Source: Paraspadella gotoi
Lineage: Eukaryota > Animalia > Chaetognatha
Assembly (NCBI GenBank): GCA_051294375.1
Contig: CM119263.1
Location: 454,019-518,018 of the forward strand
Direction of reading: 5' to 3'
DNA: 64,000 nucleotides
This document shows, one piece after another, positions 38,561 through 50,619 of this stretch. The position numbers were made by a program, and so were the translations under genes. The notes under the pieces are model-generated. The model ran no database searches and was not told the DNA's origin. It was given only the letters and a program-made list of their open reading frames with translations. How positions within the stretch are numbered: the first letter of the stretch is position 1; each line of letters opens with the position of its first letter.

Positions 38561-39491
38561 TTTAATGTAGTTAGAAATTAGAGATGAAATGAGAGATGAG
38601 TTTTATTTTTAAATTACTTTTATTTAAATGTTGCATACAATTTAAATATTTGTTAATTATTTATACAATCTCGTTGCAAATTTATATTGAATAAAAACTT
38701 ATTTCTTAAACAATATTTTTTTAATAATTAGTTAAAAATTTGGATTCCAGACTAGATACCACCCAATAATTGAAAAATAAAAAAAAATTGAAGGTAAAAA
38801 AAATTAAAAAAAAAAAAATTGTATCTAGATATTTAAACAAACAAAAACATTTTTTTCGATTCTTCAATTTCAGGATTTAATCTTATGCTTTAGTTTCATA
38901 AACAAGCTCAATCACAAAGATCTGTGTGAGAAAAAAATTTCGGAAACTCCCGATCTTGGTAGGACAAAAGTGAATACAGAGTTCAAATGCGCCTGAAATG
39001 AAAAAATTCAGGGCTCTTCCTAATCTTCCTATATTATTAAATTGCTGATGTATTTTTTTCTCTTTCAATTCCCAAGACTCAAATGAGAGGTGGGGAGGTA
39101 AGCTCCTTTGGTACAAGCGCAACAGAAAAAGAAGCATAATCAATTAGTGATTGGGTCAAATATCAATAGCAAAGAGGGAGTTATGACTTATTACTGCTCT
39201 TTTCATTGATTGATGCGCGTTGGCAGTTTTAACTACTTTTCGTGCCAGTAAATCGTCCGGCGCCGTCCGATCGTCCTTATTCACAGAAGAGCGCAATTTC
39301 TCGGCTCTTTACTAAAGTTCAAACCGGAATAGAAAAACCTGTTCTATTTGAATTCCTTGACATCCGAATAAATGCCCTCAGTAGCCCTCGGTACCCCTTA
39401 CTGCTGCCAAAAATTTTATAAGTACAAACTTATTTACAATTTGATTTTTTTTTTAAACTTAAAAATTTTCATTTATTTTTGCGGAAGTACG

Positions 39492-42400
39492 ATGAGCAAG
39501 GGACGCAATTATACGCGAATTTACTTTGGCGATTTTTGTGGCGATTCCCCATTTTGGGATCTTTCACTTTCTTGGTACACTCCCAACCCGAGCCTTACCC
39601 TATGTTTTCTCGATGTGGTCCCCGCTTGGGCGCCTTCGATCTACTTACTCTTCAGCCTGTGCTTCCGTCCGCGCTTGGTGACTCTGTCTGGCGTCACGCG
39701 TGAACGAAAAGAATCCTCGAAATCGAAAATCCTTCATTTAGCGAAACAAAGCGTCAACGCGGTCGCCATGGCAACCGCGATTGCCGGGATAGTGATTAGG
39801 GCTGAAGGCCGATCCCCCGGGTAAGACGCTTTACTTGCCTCATATTTTTTTTATTTACTGAAAAAAAAGTTTAATTTTGTCAACGTAGGATTTCCGCTTC
39901 GTCTTTTTTCGCGTCTTCAGCGCCCTCTCTCGACGGCTCCCTCACCTTAGTCTGTCTCGCCCTTATCTTTCTCCTCACTTATTTATCGAGGATTAAAAAA
40001 GCTGCGGCCTCCGTCCTTTTCTTCTTTTGGTTAATTCACTTTCTCTCTCATCTCCTTTCCTTTCAACATCACGTCCGTAAAGCGAGCGGACAGCTTCCCT
40101 TTTTGGTCGACTCGGAAAAGCTGGAACGAAAAATGGGCGTGAATATTTTTGTGACGACAGCCGCTTCTTTCGCGGCCCTTACTTTGAATTGTATCGCAAT
40201 CCATAACGGGTAAGCGCCATCTTGAAAAATGAATAAGTCGCCCAAACTTTTTCTTCTTTCATTAACATTTACAGATTTTTATTGAAAGATTAAAAAAAAA
40301 CCGGCTAAAAAAGTTTTTTTTAAAATAAAATGAGCTTTTTGGGCGTAATATGATTAGAAATGTCAGAGTGAGGAATGAGCAATGAGCAAACAATGTCGGA
40401 TCTGCCCACGATCATTAGCGGTAATTAATTAATTAATTAATTTGATCCAAAATGTTTTTCTTGGGTAATTAACGTCACTGACCCCACAAAAGCAGCGACG
40501 ATGATGGCGACGACAAAATTGACTTGATTGATTAATTGATAGATAAATAAAGTGATTGATTGAATAATTAATTGATTGATTAATTTTCTGATTAATTATT
40601 TATTAATTACTTAGTTATTTGATTAATCAATAATCTTGCATTTACATTTAATATAAAAAGAAAAAGAAGCATAATCAATTAGTGAAACAGGTTTTTGTTT
40701 TTTCCATTTAAACTGATTTCCACTCAGATGATTCCATCAAAATTTGATTTCCAGCTTAATCACACACTTTCCTACCCACATACAAAATTTCAAGTCAATC
40801 GTCCCATCCACTCATGAGTAATTGGCGTTCAAATTTTGAAATAGTTTTTGTTGTTTTTTTCCATTTAAACTCATTTCCACTCGCACGATTCCATCAAAAC
40901 TTCATATCCAGCTCAATCACACACTTCTCTACCCACACACAAAATTTAATTCCAATCCATCCAATCACGAGTAATTGGAGTTTTTTGCTAAGGTGGGACA
41001 GACGGACATAATTTTTTTGCATAATTTATCATAATTCAATGTTCTGTGAATATATGTGAATGCCCGATAAGATTAGGGGGGTGGACCGACGGACCGACAA
41101 AGTGAACTATAGAGTCGGGATCTGCTGTTAAGCAGATCCGACTAAAATAGGTATTATATTACGTTTTGAAGTATAATTATAAAAAAAAATAAAACCTCAT
41201 CAATAATCATATTTTACTGAACAATAGCTTATTCAAAGCACAAAAAAAAAAATTTTTAAATATTTTTCTTCTACGATTTTGATATTAAAGAGGTCAAAAG
41301 TTAGTATTTTAATACCTTGATACGACCTCGGACAAACATTATTTAAATGTGGCTTCAAAACCTTATGGTGATTTATTTCAGAGAGAAGTCGCCCTTCGAT
41401 GGGGCCACCGTTTTTTCCAAGTTGACCTTTTCGTATTTTTACCCATTGCTCTGGAAAGGATTTAAGAAGCCACTGACCCAAATTGATTTGGACGAAATTC
41501 CAATGAAATCTAAAATGGATCATCTTATGACAAATTTTTATAATTTTTATCAACGGGAAGGAGCGAAAGTAAACAAAAAACAACAACACCTTGGAGATCA
41601 TTCGCCATCTTTAGCTCGAGTTTTTTGTTTGTGTCACATTTCAGAGATTTTCCTTATTATCGCTTGCCGAGTCACGTTTGTGGTTCTCGACATAGTCAGG
41701 CCTATTTTCCTCGGTTGGCTCATCCAGAACCTCACGGCTCGCAAGACCGGCGTCGACGAGTCAATCCAACGAGAGTGGCTCTGGAAGGGCTTGCTCTACT
41801 CCGTTTTACTTTTCGTAGTTTCCTTAGTTCAATCCCAAATTCATAACTCCTACTGGTGGCGGACGAACTACTTGGGGATCAAGGTACAGAGCGTCGTCAT
41901 GGTCGCAGTTTACGAAAAGAGTCTCCGCTTGACCACGTCGGCGCGTCAATCTTCCACCGTTGGCGAGATCCTCAATTTGGTCGGAATCGACGCCCGCAGA
42001 TGTTTTCTCTCTATCAGGAACTTTATCGCTTTTCTTCTGGCTCCTTTTCATATCGGGTTTTCCTTTTACTTGATTTACCTGGAGATTGAACTTTCTTCGC
42101 TGGCCGGCGTCGTCTTCTTCGCCGGCTTGCTCCCGCTCATCATCTTTTTAGGCGCAAAAGTGAGAAAGTTGCAAGAAAAGCACATGAAATTTAAGGATAC
42201 GAGAGTGAAAACTATGCACGAGGTCGTCAACAATATCAAGGTCATTAAATTTTATACTTGGGAAATTCCTTTCATCCAAAGAGTCGCCGCCATTCGCAAC
42301 GCGGAAATGTCTCTCTTCCAGCAGCAGATGTTTAGACAGTCGCTCATCAACGCCTTGTTCAATATGTCCCCGATATTAGTGAGTATCATCTGTTTCACGG

Positions 42401-45400
42401 TATACGTTTTATCTTCGGAAGAAAACGTGCTTACAGCGGAAAAAGTTTTCGTTACCCTGACTGTACTCAACAGCATTCGTTATCCTCTGTGGATTATTCC
42501 TTCGGCTCTTCAAGCGACCATTCATGTCCTCGTTTCCATTGGGCGTTTGAATCGTTTTCTCGGTAATGACGAGCTGAAGTCTCAAGTTGATCACGATAAT
42601 ATTGACGGAGTTGCACTCAAAGTCGAAAACGCCTCATTCGCTTGGACGGAAGATTCCGGAGCATTTCTCCAAAATTTAAACTTTGAGTTGGAAACTGGGA
42701 AAATGCTGGGGATTGTTGGCCCCGTTGGCGCCGGTAAAACCGCTTTGATTAAATCTCTTTTGGGAGAAATGATTAAAATCTCGGGAAAAGTCAACATTTT
42801 ACCAAATGTGGCTTACGTATCTCAACAGCCCTGGATACAAAATGGAACTGTAAAAGAAAACATTCTGTTCGGAGCCGAATTTCAACCCGGCAAATACGAG
42901 GCCATCATTAAGGCCTGCGCCCTCGGGCCAGACCTCGCGATTTTCCCAGCCAACGACGACACCGAAATCGGCGAGCGAGGAATTAATTTGTCAGGTGGAC
43001 AAAAGTTGAGAGTCTCTCTCGCCAGAGCGATTTACGCCGACGCGGATTTGTATCTTCTCGACGACCCACTCTCAGCCGTGGATGCCCACGTGGGCAAGCA
43101 CATATTCGAGAATGTCCTCTCCACGAATGGTCTATTGGCTGAGAAGAGCCGTGTAATCGTCACCAACGCTTTGTCGTATTTGCCGCGAATGGACGCGATT
43201 CTCTCGCTCGTAGAAGGAGAAATGTCGGAAATTGGAAGTTTTCATGATTTAAAAAGCGAAAATAGAATATTTTCCAAGTTCGTGAGAGAAAATGACCAGA
43301 ATTGTAAGCAACAGAAGGAAAATGGATACGAGGAAATGAAAAGTAAAAATGTATTGAAAAGTCGAGAAAATGGAAAACTTGTTACGAAGGAAGAAGAAAA
43401 GCAAGGCAGTATAAATTTTTTAACGTACATACATTATGCGAAACAAATGGGGATTTTAATTGCGTCGCTCTTCATTGTCTTTTCTGTTTTGACTCAAGGT
43501 TTCGAAATTGGCGCGAATATAACGTTATCCGATTTGGCGGATCGAGTTCATCTCATTAGCAACAAGAGTGGCTTGGCAAATTCCTCTCAAGCATTGGACG
43601 TTCCTCTTTTCATAAATTTTGCAGTTCTCGGAATCTTCTCTTGCTTAACTCAGTTTTTCGCTTGGATCTTTTTGGCCGTCGGTGCCGTAGCGGCTTCTAA
43701 ACGGCTGCACAACAAATTAACGAGCCAAGTGATGTCGTATCCCATGTCGTTTTTCGACACGACTCCAAACGGTCGCATCATCAATCGCTTTTCGTCTGAC
43801 ATGGACATTGTCGATTTACAAGTGTTCGAAAACGTCGGCCACGCCTGCGCTCAGCTCTTAGTCTTAATCGCTTCCGTCGTCGCCATCGTCGTCGTCCAAC
43901 CCTTGACCTTGGCCGTCGTCCCGATCGTCCTCTTCATTTTCGGGATCGTTCAACATTTCTACATCAAAACCTCTCGCCAACTTCGTCGATTGGAGGCCAA
44001 CACTCGATCCCCGATCTTGTCTCAGTTCGGCGAGACTCTCCAGGGCATCGTCAGCATCCGCGCCTTCCGAGCACAGCCGCGCTTCGTCGCCGACTGTCGT
44101 TCCTTGGTAACGGAAAATCTAAAAGCCGCTTTTCCCATGTGGGGCGTCGACCGATGGGTAGCTTTCGTCTTGGAGAGCTTTTCCGCGTTAATCCTGCTCT
44201 TCTGCGTCCTGTCCAGCGCGCTTGATGAATCAAACTCGGTCGGAGAGGCGGGCTTAATTATCACTTACGCCATCAACCTCATCATTGCCAGCGGTCACGC
44301 CGTCATGTGGAATTCTCGCGTCGAGAATGACTTCGTTTCCGTGGAACGAGTGATGGACTTTGCACTGAAGGCGACTGAGGCCGCGTGGAGAAACGAAGGG
44401 TCCGAACTGATCGATCCCGATTGGCCGACGAGAGGTAGAATCACCTTGACCGACTACAGTTGTCGGTACAGAGAAAATCTCGATCTCGTTCTCAAAAACC
44501 TCAACATCACCATCGAGGGCGGGCAACGAATCGGCGTCGTTGGAAAGACCGGCGCTGGAAAATCAAGCCTGACCTTGGCGCTGTTTCGCATCGTGGAAGC
44601 GGCCGCCGGCGCCGTCACCGTCGACGGTCTCGTCGTTGAAAATCTCGGTCTGCACGACTTGCGATCGAAGATCACCATCATTCCTCAGGATCCCGTCATT
44701 TTCTCAGGATCGTTGCGATCTAATCTCGACCCCTTCGGTTCGCACGACGACGAGAAACTCTGGTCGGCCTTGAAGATGGCGCATCTGGCTGAGTTCGTGG
44801 CCCGTCTACCGGATAGGCTCGACCACGAATGCTTGGAAGGAGGAGAGAACCTCTCGGTCGGCCAGCGACAACTCATTTGCTTGGCCAGGGCGCTTTTACG
44901 AGATTCCAAGGTGATGGTCGGATTCGAAAAAAGATTAGTAACACGTTGCCGCTTACATATTGGTTACATATTGGTTGTACCAATTTCATAAACAATAACG
45001 AATCATAAGTAACCTTAATCCCATAACAAATCATCCCCTCCACCCCTTTCTGTTCAGACTTTTAGATATTTTGAGTTTTTAATATCTATTTAGAAAACTA
45101 GGGCAGAAAGTAACTTTTAACCTTGTGTTGTATAGACACACCCTCTATTTTCAGAAGACAACACTAACATCCCTCTCCCCATTACATTATATAAGAATAT
45201 ACTTAATATAAATAATATAATATATATACAATCTACTATATAGTGAAATATATTAAATTTTTACATTATTTTTAGAACAAAGTTTGAAGAGAGATTTAAC
45301 AACGATTTTTATTTCATAGTGAAACGGACATGTTTCGACTCACATACGAGTCTTCTTCAGCGCCAATTTAATTTGTGAATTTGAAGAGAATTTTGTGCAT

Positions 45401-45483
<83 letters not shown>

Positions 45484-46319
45484 AAAGTTTCCAACACGGA
45501 GTTTGAGAGAAAGGATAGTGCTTGAAAATATAATACATTATGAAATGTACAACAATGTTAAAATTTGGTAAACTTTAATAATGAATAATATAAACAATTA
45601 GCTACATTATTTTTAAATTTAATCCAATTTAGTCTGATATAGTAAAACAAGTCATCTTGCAATTTTTCATAGTTACAAGTATTACGATAATTAATTTTCA
45701 GTTATTTTTAATTCTTAATAGTTTTATCCGCTGCCCTTTTGTTTCGAATATCCTTGACAATCCCCTCTAGTAGAGGCTCTACCTTCAAAGTGTCCCTTTC
45801 GTAAATACATTTACAGTAGCCGAAAAAAATTAGCAAAGTTTTTATATTAACCAATATTAAAATTTTTTTTAAATTTTGTGTAAATTTCAGATTATCGTTT
45901 TGGACGAAGCGACGGCATCAGTGGACATGAAGACTGACGAATTGATACAAGCCACAATCAGGTGGTAGAAATAATGTCTGGAACTGATAACGGAAAATTG
46001 AAGTAAAAAACGAAATATATTTAAACTAATTTAAATAAAGAAAAAAGAAAAGTCGTGATATAGAAAAGAATAGAAAAGACAAAACAAAAAAGTGTATATA
46101 AATTAAATACGAATTACGATGCATTTTCTTCGAAACAGGGAAAAGTTCGTGGGTTGCACAGTGATCACCATAGCCCACCGACTCGAAACAATCATGGACT
46201 ACGACAAAGTCATTGTGCTGAGCGGCGGAGAGATCGTCGAGTTCGAAGACCCGAGACGTTTGATCCGAGACGAAGACTCGGCCCTTAATAGATTGGCAAA
46301 GGATGCAGGACTCCTTTGA
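39492..46319 (+). CDS. ABCC/MRP1-like long-form ABC transporter, copy 2 (exons ~39492-39820, 39889-40209, 41382-44910, 45891-45961, 46139-46319)
   Basis: Same motifs as copy 1 (GPVGAGKT, LSGGQK, LYLLDD; GKTGAGKS, LSVGQRQ, IIVLDE, TIAHR). Same 329-nt exon 1 and 71-nt exon 4, and the same intron phases. Confidence 0.94.
40395..41147 (-). mobile_element. Helentron/DINE-1-like non-autonomous element in ABCC copy 2 intron 2
   Basis: Sub-terminal inverted repeat GTCGGATCTGC (40395-40405) / GCAGATCCGAC (41132-41142). Terminal hairpin AGTCGGGATCTGC-TGTTAA-GCAGATCCGACT then an A-run. Adjacent GACC/GACG microsatellite. Internal ~150-bp direct repeat (~40690-40830 and ~40845-40980). Confidence 0.68.
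45323..45364 (-). ncRNA. Minimal type-I hammerhead ribozyme motif, Penelope-like
   Basis: Minus strand reads GGCG-CUGAAGA-A-GACUC(GUAUGU)GAGUC-GAAAC-AU-GUC-CGUU. Intact core, 5-bp stem II, palindromic ACAUGU stem/loop III, GUC cleavage triplet, and AATAAA just downstream. Confidence 0.8.
45407..45482. repeat. (GA)n microsatellite
   Basis: Perfect AG dinucleotide run. Confidence 0.95.
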
Positions 46320-49300
46320 GTTAAGATATTTCTTTGTAAAAATGCTCCGAACAATGAGTAATTCATTAACTTAAATTATTATATTGCTGATTGATTGATT
46401 CTGATAGATCTTAATAAAAAGTGAAGCAAAAAATGCAATTACAACTTTTGAAAATTTTGATGTTTTATGCCTGAAAATTGTCAAAAACTAGTAAAATCAT
46501 CGGATGATGATTTTTTAAGGTTTTTCCCCAATTTTGACCCACTTATCATCAAAATATTGTGATAATCCTTTCCCAAATCAAACTTTTAGCCTACCCCATT
46601 GACATAGATTGGCCCTACCTTTGAATACAGTCCTTCTAAAAATATGATGCACATTGTACGACAGATTGCCTGCCTAGTCTTCGAACACATTTAACGTTAG
46701 AAGATATACTGACCGTTTAAAAAATAAACTAACATAGTCTTAGACAGTCTAATTTATTTCTGAATCTTTTATTTTCTTATCCAAATACTAAAAATAAATA
46801 AAAAGAACGTGTAATTTAACAACAGTAGTTTTGTCGATAACAAGATGTTCATCCATGAAAAGGAAAAGCCAAAAGCCTAATAGACAAGCTCGTTTTTCCA
46901 TATTCGATTTATGAAATAATATCAAATAAAGTTCTTGACAAAACTTTGGTGGTCAGTTGTTGTTCAATGTTCACGTCTTGCTCCTTTAAGCGACCAACGT
47001 TGCATCTGAAAGAAAGTTAAATGAATGTTTTGAGGAAAGATCTCAGAGGAAATAATGATCCATGAATAGTTAATTATTTTTTTACCTGGGATATATCCGT
47101 GGGCAGTCTTCCAAATAAATATTCTCTATCCAGTCTCCAGTCGCCCAAAATGGACGAAAAAAATAAAAAAAAATTATCGGCATCGTTCAGCTTTTGACCT
47201 TACATCATACATGTACAAAACGCAACGTTCATGAGGTACACGAACTTTTATTAAATCAGCGCTCAATCGACATTCAACATTCCACATTCAAGTGTGCATC
47301 GACCGTAACGTAGGCAATCTTTTTGGATTTTTGGGGGGCCTAAAAAGGCCCAGAAAAAAAATAGAAATAAAATAAAAACGGTGAGGTTTAGGGAGTTTTG
47401 TATTTGTTATTGTAGTCAGTTCGTTTCGTGAGGATTTCGAAACGAAATATCGTAAAAAAAGTGAAATGTTTTTTTGTTTGTTTTAAATAAAACTTGATCG
47501 GCGAAGAGTGGGAGTGGAGGGAGTGGGGGGGGGGGAGAAAGAGAGTGTGTTAAATGATCGGATCCCTCGTATCACGAAAGAGAATCCGATCGACAATCGT
47601 TTTTTAAAGTTGAGTTGTTTTTTTTTCGATTGAAGAGAAGAACAAGCTGCGTTCCTATCACAAGTTGGTTGCTGTCGAGGTTAAACGCCGAGTTTCGTTG
47701 CGAAAGAAAGAATCGGGGTTGAGGGTGTGATAAAACAAAGGGTGAGGCTAGGGGGGGGAAAGAGGGCGAGGTGAAATCGGTCAAAAGACGTCCATGACGA
47801 TAGATGGAAGAGACAAGTTTGATCGAGTCCTGAGCGTCGAGCGAAATTGACTGGCGTTCGAAGGGTGGCAAGATGTGGGAGGCTGCAGGGGGTAGGGATT
47901 TGGAAGTCGCAGTGGGGCGAAAAATAAGTAAAGCTCTCGCTCTCTATCAGCGCGAACGTCGCAGGCCGACGATTGTCTTTTGGAATGGTCGTAGTGGACT
48001 GAGATTCGGCGCGGCCTTCAACGGAGATCCGCGCCTTTCCCTGAATTTCGTTGTTTTTTTGTTTTTGTTTTGTTTTTTTTGTTGATCGCGTTTGACGCTG
48101 AATCGAGGAAGAGAGAGACTGATGAGGTAAGTGAAGGGGAGAGGTAAGTAGGGTACGGTCAAGGGGGAAGGGAGGGGATCATCGTCGTCATTGTCAGTTC
48201 CTTTGCGACGCCGAAAAGGAGCCATCGACGCCAACATGGAAGAGCGGCGTCGTTCGGCGATTTACTCTCGGCGTCGCGGCGCGGGCAGATGCAGGCCGTC
48301 GTGTCGGCGGATGCCCGGTGCAGATGCGGTCAATGGGTCAGGATGGGTGGGCGTGGCGATTGGACGGAGTTGTAGAGAGCCGGACGCTGAGACTCGGAAT
48401 TCGGGACTAGTTTTCTTCGGTTCCTGTTCAACCTCGATATCGTTCCGCCGACGAGCAGTCGTTTTAAACAAACCAAAAAAAAAAAAAACGTAAAAAAAAA
48501 GTATCACTGTGAACTGGAATTTGACTGCGTCGGGGAAAATGTCTTTAAGAGGGAAGGTGGGGAATCGGTAACAATCGCTCGAGATCGCGGAAAATTTTGA
48601 AAAGCAAATTCGGGCGCCGAGTTTATGGAAAACCACGTTCCTAATCGCTGCCCGTCGCTTAGTAACAAAATAAACATTCAAGTACTATGTATACGCTTTC
48701 GGCATAAAAATGCCGCTTAATGCCGTAAACATGAGTTGAGACGAGAATGCCGTAATCTATAAAACGAGAGTACGAATTGCGTTGGGGGAGTTGGGGTATC
48801 ACAAGACACAAAAAAATATCCGAACCGAATTCGGCGAAAAGCAAACTACGGTTTATCTCAGACTGACAATCATCAGTTGGCACAGAACAGAAAGGTTATT
48901 AAAGTTATCAAGTTGGTCAAGGTAATAAAAAAAAAGGGGGAACGATGACTTTTTTTTCTCTGCGCGACGATAAACACTTGAAATATATAAATTATATTAA
49001 TATTTTTTTTGTTTTCGATTTATCGAAGCAGCATAAAAAAGAAGATAAAATTAAAATAACGTCGACTAGGGTTTCATGAAAGAATAATTCGACAATTTAA
49101 AAAAAAAAAAAAAAAAAAGAGAGAAGGGATAAAAAAAGATAAGATGAAGAAAAACGATATGCAACTCGATTTGGCGGTAAAAAACTCGTAGCAACGTCAA
49201 CAGCAACAACTTATTCATAGGAATGAAGCGAAAAAAAAAAGTTTGTGGAAAATGACAAAAAATATGTATTTAGTGTAAATTAATGTTTTTTTTCATCTAA

Positions 49301-50619
49301 ACTAAATAAACTGAAAAAAAAAATGGGAGAAACAAATAATGTTCTCCCCGAGTTTCAAGGAACTAATGTTTATTTACACAATTTGGGAAAACGTTAGCTT
49401 AAAACGTTTTAAAGTAATTGGCTATAATGGAAGCTTTTGACACAGTTTTACAAATTATTGTTAGTTAATGAAAAGGTAAGGTATCAATATAGCGAATTAC
49501 AATATTTCTTTTACTGTGATCTCTAAAATTTAAAAATTTAAAAGTAAAATTTAGTGATAGAGAAGGCTAAGGAAAAAAAAGTCTAACAGAAATAAGGAAA
49601 TTAAACTGAAAGCTAATCCGGGGTTTTGCATAGATATGACTCAGAGCTCAACAATGATAAATTTATCTTTAGTTTATCAATTTGACAAGTATACGTAGTT
49701 GGATGTAAGTTTAGTATAATAATTGGATCATCTTTACGTAAAAGTCAAATTTTGAAAATTTAAAACCGGAATCATTAAGATTTTATAGCGATGTAACCTT
49801 TTGTTAGCCGAGCCAAGTCTAATATATGTACAAATTTTGAGGGAACAAACGAGAATCTGTAACAGTAGATTCGATCAGCACCCAAGTCTGACGACGCAAA
49901 TAACAAAGAATTAAAGGAATTCTCGTTACAATAATGCGCTTTCTTGATCAAGACGCGAAAGGCGGCCAAGATCGCGACGAATGACTTTATAACTTTTTTA
50001 TTAAAGAATGCACGAAGTCAAGAAAAAAGCCAAAGGCTCGATCATGGCCCTTTTCGCCGCTTCGCTTTATTTTACTTGACTTTTCTCGACGCTATTGGTT
50101 TAATTAATATAATAATTACTTTTTCAGCTAAGCAATAAGGAAATAATATAAAAGAGTCGAGGAAAGTTTAGTAGGTGATAAGGAAAAAAGGTCAACGAGA
50201 GAAGACATTTTGAGAAATAACAAGAATAAGATGAGAGAGAGAGAGAGGGAGAGGGAGAGGGGAGAGAGACGCATAATGGAGCGCATTTAACCTCTGCAGG
50301 ATTCTCTCCGCTGAGTATAGGACGTAAAAAAATATCACTAGCATTTAAAAAGGTGAGAAGATATTGGGGACTTTAGAAGAGAAAGCGAAAGCGAGGCTCG
50401 CTCCTCAATTTTCGTTGCTATTTTGTTTAAGTGGGGAGGTTTTATTTTATGGATCGCTTCCTCTCTACTTATCACAACGCGAGAAGAGATTGATTACTTC
50501 TGCTTTAATTTTCATCTAATTTACTTGTTAATAATCATCATTAAATTAAATGTTAATTTATATAAAAAAGCTCTCAATCTCTTCCCCAGTAAAAAAAAAA
50601 ACAAAAAAACTTAAGCCTA

